This document shows positions 51,231-62,810 of a stretch of DNA of 64,000 nt, one piece after another. Location: assembly GCA_965242525.1 (NCBI GenBank), contig OZ251459.1, forward strand, positions 3,552,001 to 3,616,000, written 5' to 3'. The notes beneath the pieces are model-generated. The model did no database searches. It saw nothing but the letters and a program-made list of their open reading frames with translations, and was not told the DNA's origin. The stretch comes from an uncultured Candidatus Binatia bacterium. Its GTDB lineage: Bacteria; Desulfobacterota; Binatia; UBA9968; JAJDTQ01. The position numbers were made by a program, and so were the translations under genes. Position 1 is the stretch's first letter. Each line of letters opens with the position of its first letter.

Positions 51231-51597
51231 CCCCCGGATCCTCCTTCCCCGATGCGCCCGGCCCCGCGGCCCGGCGCCCCGGAACCATAGCACAGAAACG
51301 CGGACCTTCGGGATGCTGCGCAGGAAACTCGGACCAATCGGGACAGGGAGGGCATGAGCGCGTCCTTCGACTCCGCTTCGCTATGCTCAAGACGAACGAG
51401 GACAGGAGGTTGGGGCGAGGGAATCGGCGTTCTCCGCAAGGGTCCCCTTGCCGGTTCCCGCAGGCAGGGACGGGATCCGGAGCCGCTGGCGGATTCGGGC
51501 GCCGAACGATTTGCAACCGGACCGATTATCCGCTTTAATTTCCCGGAAATACCGAAGCGCGGAGTTTTACTCTGACATCACGAAGGGGGTCCACACC

Positions 51598-52644
51598 ATG
51601 GGAAAGACAATACTGGCCGTCGCCCTTGCGGCAGTCCTCGGGCTGCTGGCGGGCGGCGTTGCGGTCGCCGACGACCGTTTCTTCGAAGGCAAGACCATCC
51701 GGGTCATCGTGGGCTACTCGCCGGGCGGCGGATACGACACGTACACCCGGCAGGTGGTGCGCCACATGGGCAGGCACATTCCCGGAAACCCGGGCTTCGT
51801 GGTGCAGAACATGACCGGCGCCGGCAGCCTGGTGGCGGCCAACTACATCCAGAAGAGGGCCAGGCGCGACGGCACGGTCCTGGGCGTGTGGAACAGCGGC
51901 CTCGTGACCATGCAGGGCCTCGGCGACCCGAAGGTGCGGATCAAGGGGGAAGAGCTGAGCTGGATCGGCGCTCCGGTCAAGGGCATACCGGCTTGCGCGT
52001 TCATGGGCTGGTCCGGGGTGACGAAGCTCGAGCACATCACGGACGCCGACAAGCCGGTCAAGGTGGGCGGCACCCGGACGGGCTCCACCGGCATCGACCT
52101 GCCCAAGATCCTCAACCGGACCATCGGCACGAACTTCGACGTGGTGGCGGGCTATGCCGGAACCGCCAAGTCGCGGCTCGCCATGCAGGCCAAGGAGGTC
52201 GCGGGCGCGTGCTGGGGCTGGGAATCCATGCGGGTCACGGCCCGGTCCATGCTCGACGCCAAGGGGCCGGACAAGATGATCCCCGTGCTCACGCACCGGA
52301 AGATCCCCGACCCGGAACTCGCGAACGCCCTCGTCATACCGGACCTGATCGCCGAGCGGGGCGGCAAGAAACACGTCGCCACCTATACCGCATGGGTGAA
52401 CCAGTATGAGTTCCAGCGTCCGTTCGTGGCCCCTCCCGGCGTCCCAGCCAAGCGGCTCGCGCAGCTACGGGAAGGGTTCGCCAAGACGCTGGAGGACCCG
52501 GAGTTCCTCAAGGAGGCCGAGGATGCCAAGCTCATCATCGACTACGTGTCCGGCGAGCAGATCGAAGGATACGTGGGCCAGATCCTCGGCATGTCCCAGG
52601 AGTCGAAGGAAGCGCTGGACTTCCTCGTGCGGAAGCGCAAGTAG
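51598..52644 (+). CDS. Tripartite tricarboxylate transporter substrate-binding protein (Bug/TctC-like)
   Basis: Signal peptide, GYSPGGGYDTY, NMTGAGS, RPFVAPPGVP. Confidence 0.88.
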   Translation: MGKTILAVALAAVLGLLAGGVAVADDRFFEGKTIRVIVGYSPGGGYDTYTRQVVRHMGRHIPGNPGFVVQNMTGAGSLVAANYIQKRARRDGTVLGVWNSGLVTMQGLGDPKVRIKGEELSWIGAPVKGIPACAFMGWSGVTKLEHITDADKPVKVGGTRTGSTGIDLPKILNRTIGTNFDVVAGYAGTAKSRLAMQAKEVAGACWGWESMRVTARSMLDAKGPDKMIPVLTHRKIPDPELANALVIPDLIAERGGKKHVATYTAWVNQYEFQRPFVAPPGVPAKRLAQLREGFAKTLEDPEFLKEAEDAKLIIDYVSGEQIEGYVGQILGMSQESKEALDFLVRKRK

Positions 52645-52682
52645 GGTTTCCTCCGGTCCAACGCCGGAGGCGTTTCGGGGAG

Positions 52683-52714
52683 GAGGGGGCGTTCGCGCAT
52701 GCGGACGCCCCCTC
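52683..52714. terminator. Hairpin between convergent genes
   Basis: GAGGGGGCGT-N12-ACGCCCCCTC. Confidence 0.45.
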
Positions 52715-52728
52715 GCGCTTTGGCCCCC

Positions 52729-53769
52729 TCACGCCAGCCGCACCGCGTGGTCCTTGCGGGCGGTGACGTGGCCGACGATGGCCGCGGCGGGGACGTCGTG
52801 TTCCACCAGCGCCCGGACGAGGGCCTCGCCGTCCTTCTCGGCAACGGCGATGAGCAGGCCGCCGGAGGTCTGGGGGTCCAGGGCGACTTCGGCCAGGGCG
52901 TCGGAGACGCCGGCGTCGATGACGGTCTTGTCGTCCAGGTACTCGCGGTTGCGCTTGCAGCCGCCGGTGAGGTTGCCGGTCTCGGCGAGGGCCGCGGCGT
53001 CCCGGATGAGGGGCAGGCGGGCGGCCTCGAAGACGATGCTGACGCTGCCGTCGCCGGTCATCTCCAGGCCGTGCCCCAGCAGGCCGTAGCCGGTGACGTC
53101 GGAGCAGGCGTGGACGTCGTAACCCTGCATCACCGCGGCGGCGTACTTGTTGAGGGCGGCCATGGAGGCCACGGCCTGCTCGATGCTCGCCTCCGACGCG
53201 TTGCCCCTCTTCAGGGCGGTGGTGGCGATGCCGGTCCCCAGGGGCTTGGTGAGGACCAGCACGTCGCCCTCGCGGGCCCCCACGTTGCGGAGTATGCGGT
53301 CGGGGTGGACCACGCCGGTCACCGACAGCCCGTACTTGATCTCCTCGTCGATGATCGAATGGCCGCCCGCGACGACCGCGCCGGACTCCTCGACCTTGTC
53401 CGCGCCGCCGCGCAGCACCTCCCCCAGTATCCCGATGTCCATCTTCCCCCGGGGAAAGCAGACGATGTTCAGGGCGGTGGCCGGCTCGCCGCCCATGGCG
53501 TACACGTCGCTCAGGGAGTTGGCGGCCGCGATCTGGCCGAACATGTACGGGTCGTCCACGATGGGCGTGAAGAAGTCCACGGTGTTGACGATGGCCAGAT
53601 CGGGGCGCAGCCGATAGACGCCGGCGTCGTCGGCCGTCTCGGTGCCCACGAGCAGCTCCGGGGATGTGAACCTGGGTAACTGGCGCAAGACTTGCGCCAG
53701 GTCGGCAGGGCCGAGCTTGGCCGCTCAGCCCGCGGCCTTGACTTCCTGGGTCAGTCGGACGGTTTCCAT
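52729..53769 (-). CDS. selD: Selenide, water dikinase; selenoprotein with Sec at codon 15 (TGA 53727-53725)
   Basis: AAGGAG RBS, METVRLTQEVKAAG-U-AAKLGP continues in frame into DDAGVY, TVDFFTP, DPQTSGGLL. Confidence 0.95.
53680..53700 (-). promoter_or_regulatory. Candidate SECIS hairpin of selD
   Basis: CTGGCGCAA-GTC-TTGCGCCAG beginning 24 nt after the UGA. Confidence 0.55.
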
Positions 53770-53794
53770 GACGGCTCCTTGGGCGTTCGCGGCT

Positions 53795-55705
53795 TCAACT
53801 CCTCCCCGTCTTGAGCTTCCTCACGTCGCCCACGCGCATGGTGACGCCGGTGCGGTCGAAGTACTCCAGGACGGGGATGGTGTATTTGCGGCTCGACTGC
53901 AGGATGTCCCTGAACGTGGCCGCGCTCATCTCCGGGTGGCTCTCGAAGTAGTCATATAAACTGGCCCTTATCCTGTCAATGGAGTCCTTCAGGTAGTAGA
54001 GCTCCGTGGTCACCCGAACGATCTCCCCCTGCCGTTCCATGACGCGGACCACCTCGTTGAGCCGGGGGCGCTCGACCCCCAGGGCCTTCTCCACCTCCTT
54101 CAGGTAGGGCGGGCTCAGGGGCGTCCTGGCCAACGCCGCGGTGATCTTGCCGGACAGGGACTTCTCCTGCGCGCCGAGCTCCACCCGGTGGTCCGGCAGG
54201 CGCAGGTGGTTGCCGTCCCGGACGCAGGCCCCTTCGGCCGCAAGCAGGTCCGCCAAGTCCCGGAACAGCCGCACCGACACGTTGGCGGCGAGCCTCCCCC
54301 GGACCTCTTCCAGGTCCATTCCCGGGGCCAGGGGATGGCTTCGGTGGAACTCCTCCAGGGTCGAGCGGAGCCGCCGCCCGAAGCCGTTCCACTTGTCTTC
54401 TGTGGTATAGACCCGCTCCCTTTCGGAATCGAAGGAGCGCAGTCCGTCGGTCCGTTCCAGCCAGCCCCGGGTCTCTTCCTGCTTCAGGTCGAGGAACTGG
54501 CTGATGGCGCCGATGCCCGTGGCCAAGCTCGCGGCGCCGTCGAGGAAGCTCCGGATGACCTCCGGCGTGTCCCCTTGGTGCAGCGTCCGCAGCCTCTCCT
54601 CCGCGCCCCTTTCCCTGCGCCGGCGCCGGGGCGCCCGTGGGTCGATCACCAGGCCTCCGCCCAGGGTCTTCTGCGCGGTCTCGTCCCGCACGATGAAATG
54701 GTCCCCCCGCATGACCAGGAGCGGCTCCGTCAGCAGCACTTGGCAATAGGCCGTCTCCTTGGGATCCACCTTCTCCGCGCCGCCCAGGAAGACCACCTTG
54801 CCCATGCGCTCCGCGGTCCCCAGGTGGATGCGCACCCGCTGGTGGTTGCGGAGGCCCTTGGCGGCCGCGGGCCTCACTTCCAGGTGCGCGTCGAACCGGC
54901 TCGACGCCAGGGTGAGGTCCTCATGGCAGATCATGTGGCCGCGCTCCAGGGCGCCCCGGTCCTGGCCGGTCAGGTTCAGGGCCACGCGCTGGCCCCAGCC
55001 CGCGGCCTCCACCGGCTGGCCGTGCACCTGGATGCTGCGCACGCGGAACTTCCGGCCGCCGGGAACCGCGTGGACGCGGTCGCCGGTGCGCACTTGGCCG
55101 GCCAGCGCGGTGCCGGTGACGACCACCCCGTGGCCCTGCAGCACGAACACCCGGTCCACGGGCAGGCGGAAGAAGCCGCTGGGCGCGGCCCGATCGATCC
55201 CCCCCAGGAGCTCGAAGACGCGCGTCCGCACCTGCTCCAGCCCCGCGCCCGAGACCGCGGAGAAGCGCACCACCGGGGAGCCTTCCAGCGCGGTGCCGAA
55301 GGTCAGGATCTCGATCTCCTCCTCCACGTCCCGAACCCGCGCGTCGGACGCCAGATCCACCTTGGTGACGACGAACAGGGCTGACCGGACGCCCAGCAGG
55401 TGTACGATGTCCAGGTGCTCCTCGGTCTGGGGCATGACGCCATCGTCCGCGGCCACGGTGAACAGCACCAGGTCCATGGCGTGGGCCCCGGCCAGCATGT
55501 TGCGGATGAAGCGCTCGTGCCCGGGCACATCGACGATGCCCGCCTCGGAGCCGTCCGGCAGCCCCAGGTGCGCGAACCCCAGGTCGATGGAGATGCCGCG
55601 CTCCTTTTCCTCCTTGAGGCGGTCCGTGTCCGTTCCGGTGAGGGCCTTGATGAGGCTCGTCTTCCCGTGGTCGATGTGTCCCGCGGTGCCGATGACGTAG
55701 GGCAT
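53795..55705 (-). CDS. selB: Selenocysteine-specific elongation factor
   Basis: [20 protein letters not shown]-terminal winged helices ([13 protein letters not shown]). Confidence 0.97.
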   Translation of the reverse strand: MPYVIGTAGHIDHGKTSLIKALTGTDTDRLKEEKERGISIDLGFAHLGLPDGSEAGIVDVPGHERFIRNMLAGAHAMDLVLFTVAADDGVMPQTEEHLDIVHLLGVRSALFVVTKVDLASDARVRDVEEEIEILTFGTALEGSPVVRFSAVSGAGLEQVRTRVFELLGGIDRAAPSGFFRLPVDRVFVLQGHGVVVTGTALAGQVRTGDRVHAVPGGRKFRVRSIQVHGQPVEAAGWGQRVALNLTGQDRGALERGHMICHEDLTLASSRFDAHLEVRPAAAKGLRNHQRVRIHLGTAERMGKVVFLGGAEKVDPKETAYCQVLLTEPLLVMRGDHFIVRDETAQKTLGGGLVIDPRAPRRRRRERGAEERLRTLHQGDTPEVIRSFLDGAASLATGIGAISQFLDLKQEETRGWLERTDGLRSFDSERERVYTTEDKWNGFGRRLRSTLEEFHRSHPLAPGMDLEEVRGRLAANVSVRLFRDLADLLAAEGACVRDGNHLRLPDHRVELGAQEKSLSGKITAALARTPLSPPYLKEVEKALGVERPRLNEVVRVMERQGEIVRVTTELYYLKDSIDRIRASLYDYFESHPEMSAATFRDILQSSRKYTIPVLEYFDRTGVTMRVGDVRKLKTGRS

Positions 55706-55727
55706 GGCGTTCCCGGCGAGGCGCGGG

Positions 55728-57143
<1,416 letters not shown>

Positions 57144-57350
57144 GGGTGCGGCTGGTTCCGGGATGCTCGAAGCCGCGCCCCCGCGGGCCGGCGCGGCCCA
57201 CCGGACGAGGCCGGAACCTCTTCGAGACGCCGTTCGAGCCCTGCGCCAACCTAGCCTGTCCGCGGGGGAGACGCAAACCTCGCCGCCCCCGGGCGGCGCC
57301 GCATCAGCGCCGGCCCGGGCCGCCCGCCCCGGCAGCCTGCGAACCTTGCC

Positions 57351-58559
57351 GTGAGGAACGCGACAACCACCCCGGAAACGCCGTCCCGGCGTTGGTTCTA
57401 CCTTTGCATCGCCACCTTGGCGCAGACGGCGCTGTCGGTCATCCACCTGGGCGTGCCGACCCTGGTCCCCCTGATCCAGGCGGAGTTGGGCCTGAACCTC
57501 ACCGAGGTGGGCGTCCTCGTTTCCATGAGCAACGTCGGCGTGGTGGCCTCGGTCCTGGTGGCCGGCAGGGCCGCGGACCGTTTCGGCGAACGGCTGGTCA
57601 TCGGCTACGGCGCGGTGGCGGGCGGGGTCCTGGCCATGACGGTCCACTTCGCCGGGAGCTTCGCCGCCCTGCTGGCGGTGTTCCTGCTGCTGGGGGCGCC
57701 GGTGGCCACGGGCACCCCGGCCGGCAGCAAGGCGGTGGCCGGGTGGTTCCCGGACCGGGAGCGGGGAACCGCCATGGGCATCCGGCAGACGGGGATCCCC
57801 CTGGGCGGCGCCCTCGCGGCCCTCACGCTGCCGTCCCTGGGACTGGCCTTCGGCTGGCGCTGGGCGCTTTTCGCCGCGGGGGCGGTCACCGTGTGCACGG
57901 GGGCGGTGGTGCTGCTCTGCTACCGGGAGCCGGAGCAGCGCCGGGCCAGCGCCGCGGCCCCGGCGGGCGGGCTCGGGGACATCGTCCGACGCAAGGACAT
58001 CTGGGCCGTGACCTTCTACGCCGCCGTCCTTGCCGGTTGCCAGTGGTGCTACGTGAGCTACATCGAGCTCTACCTCACCGAGGACATCCTCTTTTCCCTG
58101 GTCTTTGCCGCGGCCCTCCTGGCGGCGGGCCAGGTCTGCGGCGGGGCCGGCAGGATCGGGTTCGGCGTGGTGAGCGACCGGCTCTTCCTGGGGCGGCGCA
58201 AGCCTGTCATGGTGATGTTGGGCCTTCTCGCCATCGGCATGGGCCTGGCCACAGCCTTCCTGTCCGCGGCCACGCCCGCGTGGCTGGTGACCGTGGTGGT
58301 GTCGCTGCTCGGTCTCGGGGTCATGAGCTGGCAGGGGCTGTACCTCGCCCTGATCTCCAAGATCGTGGGGACCCGTGTGGCCGGCGTCGCCATCGGCCTG
58401 ACCAATACCGTGGCGTTCCTCGGCGTCGTCGTGCTGCCGCCGGTCTTCGGCTTCATCGCCGACTGGTCCGAGTCCTACGAAACGGCATGGATGGCCGTGT
58501 CCGCGGCCATCGCCCTGCCCCTGTTGTTCCTGTCCGGGGTGAAGGAATCGCGCCCGTGA
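57351..58559 (+). CDS. MFS transporter
   Basis: About 12 hydrophobic segments, GRAADRFGER motif A, WFPDRERGTAMG. Confidence 0.9.
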   Translation: MRNATTTPETPSRRWFYLCIATLAQTALSVIHLGVPTLVPLIQAELGLNLTEVGVLVSMSNVGVVASVLVAGRAADRFGERLVIGYGAVAGGVLAMTVHFAGSFAALLAVFLLLGAPVATGTPAGSKAVAGWFPDRERGTAMGIRQTGIPLGGALAALTLPSLGLAFGWRWALFAAGAVTVCTGAVVLLCYREPEQRRASAAAPAGGLGDIVRRKDIWAVTFYAAVLAGCQWCYVSYIELYLTEDILFSLVFAAALLAAGQVCGGAGRIGFGVVSDRLFLGRRKPVMVMLGLLAIGMGLATAFLSAATPAWLVTVVVSLLGLGVMSWQGLYLALISKIVGTRVAGVAIGLTNTVAFLGVVVLPPVFGFIADWSESYETAWMAVSAAIALPLLFLSGVKESRP

Positions 58560-58777
58560 GGCCGGACCGGGGCCGCGGCTCCCCTGCCTCCGGCGGCCCT
58601 GCGAGGGGGACCCACCGGGGCCGCGGTGCGCGCCCCTCGACCCAGGCACGGTCCTGAACCGGAAAAACTGGTTGCCAATCATCCTGAAAACTGGAAAGAT
58701 TCCTGTCCAGTTTCAGGGGAAATCGGTTATAATCCCGACCGGATCAGCACCATGCTCGAATCACTGAAGGAAATCAT

Positions 58778-59228
58778 GGCTCTTCAGGAATTCGTGTGGG
58801 TAAGGTAGGAGCGAAAGGGATCACGCTGCCGTTGCTCCACGGACGCCTACTCCGTCATTCCCGCGAAAGCGGGAATCCATCCAGTTTCATCGCTCTCTTT
58901 GTACAAACCTCTCCAGGTTGGATGACCCTTCTCGATCCACTCGATCTTCCTTGCCCGATGCCATTTCCTGACCGCCTTTCCTCTCTGGATAGCGCTTTCC
59001 ATGTGTTCAGGAACCTCGTATCCAATCAACCTGTGCACAGTGGCAGGGTGCCCTGGGGTTGAGTCGGAAGGATGGATTCCCGCTTTCGCGGGAATGACGG
59101 GGTGGGGCGTTTGCGACGCCAAACCGAGGACTTCAGGGTCGGAATGGGAGGAAAGCGGACTTCATCGCATGCGTGGGGAGTGTCACAACCCACTCAAAAG
59201 CAGGAAGATCCACATTATTCGAGACGCC
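58778..59228. mobile_element. Family C element enclosing an inverted palindrome B pair (58854-58879, 59073-59098)
   Basis: GGCTCTTCAGGAATTCGTGTGGG left end; 59116-59192 resembles 27771-27847. Confidence 0.7.
58892..59038 (-). pseudogene. C-terminal half of a GIY-YIG nuclease
   Basis: VHRLIGYEVPEHMESAIQRGKAVRKWHRARKIEWIEKGHPTWRGLY matches the LVYYE...AI.REK..K.W.R..KI.LIE..NP.W.DL pattern; GIY and YIG motifs are absent. Confidence 0.8.
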
Positions 59229-59239
59229 GGTCGCCACCT

Positions 59240-60349
59240 TCAAGCGGCTGCCGCGGACAGCCGCGCGTAGCGTCGGCGGTGGTGGGCGGCGTTGCCGTAC
59301 TGGGCCGAGAGGACCATGGCGCGGCGGAGGTAGAGGCTGGCGTCGTACTCGTCGGTGAAGCCGATGGCGCCGTGCATCTGCACCATGGATTTGGTCACCG
59401 AGAGCGCCGCGTCCGAGGCGCGGGCCTTCACCGCGGCCGCCATGGCGTGGTTGCCGCGTCCCTGGTCCAGCGCGGCGCACACTTGATAGAGCAGGGAGCG
59501 AGTGAGCTCGATGTCCACGTGGTCGTTGACCGCCCGGTGTTGCAGGGCCTGGAAGGAGCCGATGGGGCGGCCGAACTGCTCGCGCGTCCCCAGGTAGTCC
59601 ACGGCCAGGGCCAAGCCCCGCTCCATCACCCCCAGCATCTCGGCCGAGGTCCCCAGCAGGAGCCGGTCCAGGGCCGCGGCGGCGAGGGCGGCTCCCCGCG
59701 CACCGTCCGCGATCACCTGGTCCGCGGAGGTCACCACGTCCGCCAGGGTCAGTGCGGCCTGGTCGGTTCCGTCCACCCGCGTCCGTCCCTCCAACTCCAG
59801 TCCCGGGGCGGAGCGCGGCACGAGGCAGACCACGACGCCATCCCGTGCGCGGGCGTCCACCACGAAGCCGTGGGCCGCGGGCGCTCCGGGGACCGCGCCT
59901 GTGCGTCCGGTCAACCGGAAGCCCCGGCCCGCGGGCGCGGCGGCCACGGGCGGGCTTTCCGGCCCCGCGGCCACCGGGTCGTGCAGCGCGGGCAGGATGA
60001 CGGAGCGGCCCGCGGTCAACTGGTCCAGGGCTGACTCCAGGCTCGCGGGTCCCGCGGCCAGGACCGCGGCCGAGGCCATCATGGCGGTGACGGGCTCGGT
60101 CATGAGACCCCGGCCCGCGGCTTCCAGCACCAGCGCCGCCTCGGTGGCTCCCAGTCCCAGGCCGTTGCGCTCTTCCGGCGCCAGCAGGGAGAGCCAGCCG
60201 GCCTCGGCCACTACCGCGAGGCGCGCCGGGTCGAAGCCGTGCTCCCGGGTGCGCACGGCCCGGTGCCGGGCCGGGCCTGCGTGCCGGCCGACCAGCTTCT
60301 CCGCGCTCTCCCGAAGGATCGTCTGCGCCTCATCGAGAACGAGTTCCAT
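59240..60349 (-). CDS. Acyl-CoA dehydrogenase family protein
   Basis: REQFGRPIGSFQALQHR, QMHGAIGFTDE. Confidence 0.92.
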   Translation of the reverse strand: MELVLDEAQTILRESAEKLVGRHAGPARHRAVRTREHGFDPARLAVVAEAGWLSLLAPEERNGLGLGATEAALVLEAAGRGLMTEPVTAMMASAAVLAAGPASLESALDQLTAGRSVILPALHDPVAAGPESPPVAAAPAGRGFRLTGRTGAVPGAPAAHGFVVDARARDGVVVCLVPRSAPGLELEGRTRVDGTDQAALTLADVVTSADQVIADGARGAALAAAALDRLLLGTSAEMLGVMERGLALAVDYLGTREQFGRPIGSFQALQHRAVNDHVDIELTRSLLYQVCAALDQGRGNHAMAAAVKARASDAALSVTKSMVQMHGAIGFTDEYDASLYLRRAMVLSAQYGNAAHHRRRYARLSAAAA

Positions 60350-60485
60350 GTGTTGACCTTTCACCTCTCTCGCGCCGCCCGTCCGGAGGCGCCGCTTGCG
60401 CCGGCAACGACGGTCCGGGGTCCTTCCGGGGAGACTTTGGGAAGGTCTGAGCAATTCCGGCTTGGATTCCCTGTCCCTGCGTTCC

Positions 60486-62669
60486 CTAACGCGGTGACGC
60501 GGCCACTGCCAGGGCGTCCAGGGCGAGACCGCCTTCTCCCCGGGGGAGGGCCAGGAAGGGGTTGACGTCCAGGCTCTCGATCACGTCTCCGGCCGCGGCC
60601 GCCAACCGGCCCACCGCCACCAGTGCATCGACCACCGCGTCGCGGTCGTAGGGGCCGCTGCCGCGATACCCGTCCAGCAACCGCCCGACCCGGGTCGAGT
60701 CGATGAGCCGGACGGCTTGCTCGCGCCGGATCCCCGGCGGCCCGAAGGCCACGTCCTGCATGAGTTCCAGCCACACCCCGCCCGTGCCGAACATCACCAC
60801 CGGACCCATCTCGGGGTCGCGCTGCACGCCCAGCGCCAACTCCAGTCCGGCCGGGGCCATCCCGGCCACCAGCCAGCCTTCCAGGCGGATGTCCGGGTCG
60901 TAGGCGGCGACGTTGCGCGCGATGTCCCGACATGCCCGCTGCACGGCTTCGGCGTCCCCGACCCCTACGCGGACCGCGCCGGCGTCGCTCTTGTGCGTCA
61001 GCGCGGACGCCACCCCCTTGACCGCCACCGGATAGCCGATGCGCTCGGCCAGGGCCAACGCCTCGTCCTCGGTGCGCGCAAGCCCCTCCTCGGGCACGGG
61101 GACGCCGAAGGCCCGAATCAGTTCCTTGGACTCGGGCTCGCTCAGGGGAACGGCCTGCGGCATGCCTTTCACCCGCCGCCGCAGTTCTTCGAGGCGCTCC
61201 GTGCAGGAGGACGGGAGGGGCGGCGCCGGGTCCCCCTGGGCGTCCCGGGAGCGGGTGCGGTAGTCCAGCACCGCACGGACGGCGCGGAACGCCCGCTCGG
61301 GCTCGTTGAGGCAGGGGACGTGCGGAAAGCGCCGCCGGGCCGCGCGGCTGAACTCCGTGAGGTCGTAGGACGTGGGAGAGACCAGGGCGAACGGTTTCCG
61401 GCCGGGTCCGAGGAGCCTGGCGTCCACCGCCTCCAGGGTGTCCAGCACGCGTGCGGTGCGGCGGCGGTTGGCGTCGTTCAGGCCCTCGTGGGGAGGCAGG
61501 TCTTCCTGGAACACCATCAGGTCCACCCCGGGGTCGTCACGGACCACCTGCACCAACTCCAACACCGTTTCCAGGGGACGGTTGAGGAAGCCGGCCGCGT
61601 CCAGGGGGTTGCTGACGGGCTGCCCGTCCCCCAGGATCTCGCGGATCCGGGCGCCCGTCTCCGGCGCAAATTCGGGGAGGGGCACACGGTGGCGGGCGGC
61701 TGCGTCCTCCACCAGGCCGCGGACCCCGCCGGAATAGACCAGTGCGCCGACGCGCTCCCCTCGGGGAACGCTCGCGTGCAGCAGCCACTCGATGACGTCC
61801 ACCGCGCGGTCGGCGCTCTCCACCCGGATGACGCCGGCCGGGCCGGTGGCCGCGTCGAAGGCTTCCACCCGGCCGGCCAGGGATCCGGTGTGGGACAGGG
61901 CGGCGCGGCGTCCGCCCTCGGACGTCCCCATCTTGAGCACCACCACGGGCTTGCCGGCGTCCCGCGCCCGGCGGCAGGCGGCGAGGAAGTCGTCCGCCCG
62001 GCGCACCGCCTCCACGAGGCAGAAGACGAGCCGGACATCCGGGTCGGTGACGAAGTAGTCGATGTAGTCCGCGGCGACGAGGCCGGTCTCGTTGCCGCTG
62101 GTCACCACGTAGCCCACGTCCATGCCCCGGTCCAGGAGGGCCCGCGCGATGTTCGGAGTGGTGGTGCCGCTCTGTCCCACCATGGCCACGGGACCGGGCG
62201 TGAGCTCCCGCACCCGGTCGTCCGGCAGGGTCAGGAGGCGCGCCCGCGCCGAGAGGTTGCCGAGGCAGTTGGGGCCGGAGACCGCGAGGCCGGTCTCCTC
62301 GATGGCGGCGCGCAACTCCGCTTCGAGCCGCCGGCCCTCCGGATTGGCGCTCTCGGAGAAACCCGCGGCGTAGAGGGTGGCGCTGCGGGCGCCCAGGGCC
62401 GCGGCCTCCCGGAGGATGGCCGGGACGCTGGCCGCGGCGCGCATCACCACCAGATGGTCGGGGACCGTGGGGAGGGCGCGCAGGTCCGGGAAGCACTCCA
62501 CGTCCCATATGCGCGCGTGGTTCGGGTTCACCGGATAGACGGGGCCGGCGAAGCCGAAGCGGACCAGGTTGGCGAAGATGCGCGCGGTCCAGCCCGACGG
62601 GTTCTCCCGCGCGCCAAGGATGGCGACGCTCGCGGGATGGAGCAGGGCGGCTACCTTTTCCGTGTTCAT
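60486..62669 (-). CDS. Acetate/acyl-CoA ligase (ADP-forming) family, fused subunits
   Basis: PASVAILGA, VYPVNP, GPNCLG, SHTGSLAG, HKSDAGAV, DVNPF. Confidence 0.92.
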   Translation of the reverse strand: MNTEKVAALLHPASVAILGARENPSGWTARIFANLVRFGFAGPVYPVNPNHARIWDVECFPDLRALPTVPDHLVVMRAAASVPAILREAAALGARSATLYAAGFSESANPEGRRLEAELRAAIEETGLAVSGPNCLGNLSARARLLTLPDDRVRELTPGPVAMVGQSGTTTPNIARALLDRGMDVGYVVTSGNETGLVAADYIDYFVTDPDVRLVFCLVEAVRRADDFLAACRRARDAGKPVVVLKMGTSEGGRRAALSHTGSLAGRVEAFDAATGPAGVIRVESADRAVDVIEWLLHASVPRGERVGALVYSGGVRGLVEDAAARHRVPLPEFAPETGARIREILGDGQPVSNPLDAAGFLNRPLETVLELVQVVRDDPGVDLMVFQEDLPPHEGLNDANRRRTARVLDTLEAVDARLLGPGRKPFALVSPTSYDLTEFSRAARRRFPHVPCLNEPERAFRAVRAVLDYRTRSRDAQGDPAPPLPSSCTERLEELRRRVKGMPQAVPLSEPESKELIRAFGVPVPEEGLARTEDEALALAERIGYPVAVKGVASALTHKSDAGAVRVGVGDAEAVQRACRDIARNVAAYDPDIRLEGWLVAGMAPAGLELALGVQRDPEMGPVVMFGTGGVWLELMQDVAFGPPGIRREQAVRLIDSTRVGRLLDGYRGSGPYDRDAVVDALVAVGRLAAAAGDVIESLDVNPFLALPRGEGGLALDALAVAASPR

Positions 62670-62707
62670 GGGACCGGCGGAAGTATATTCCACGGCTCCC
62701 GGACATG

Positions 62708-62810
62708 GCAACTTTCATCCCCCGTTCGTCCTGAGCGTAGCGAAGCGAAGTCGAAGGACGCCCCTTCCCATAGGCAGAACGGTCTCAAGCCGGATTCGAC
62801 CGGACGTTCC
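62708..62810. mobile_element. Family A MITE (left end degenerate), TSD CATG; supplies the stop codon of the AAA gene
   Basis: CATG at 62704-62707 and 62811-62814; right end GATTCGACCGGACGTTCC; motif A inside. Confidence 0.6.

Noticed and set aside
51323-51462. Complete family A MITE with CGCA duplication
   Set aside because: The left end and motif A are clear, but the right end matches only GGTTCC, so the boundary and TSD are not reliable
57144-57350. Possible tRNA-Sec (selC) upstream of selA
   Set aside because: No UCA anticodon loop, T-arm or acceptor stem could be formed on either strand; only GC-rich hairpins
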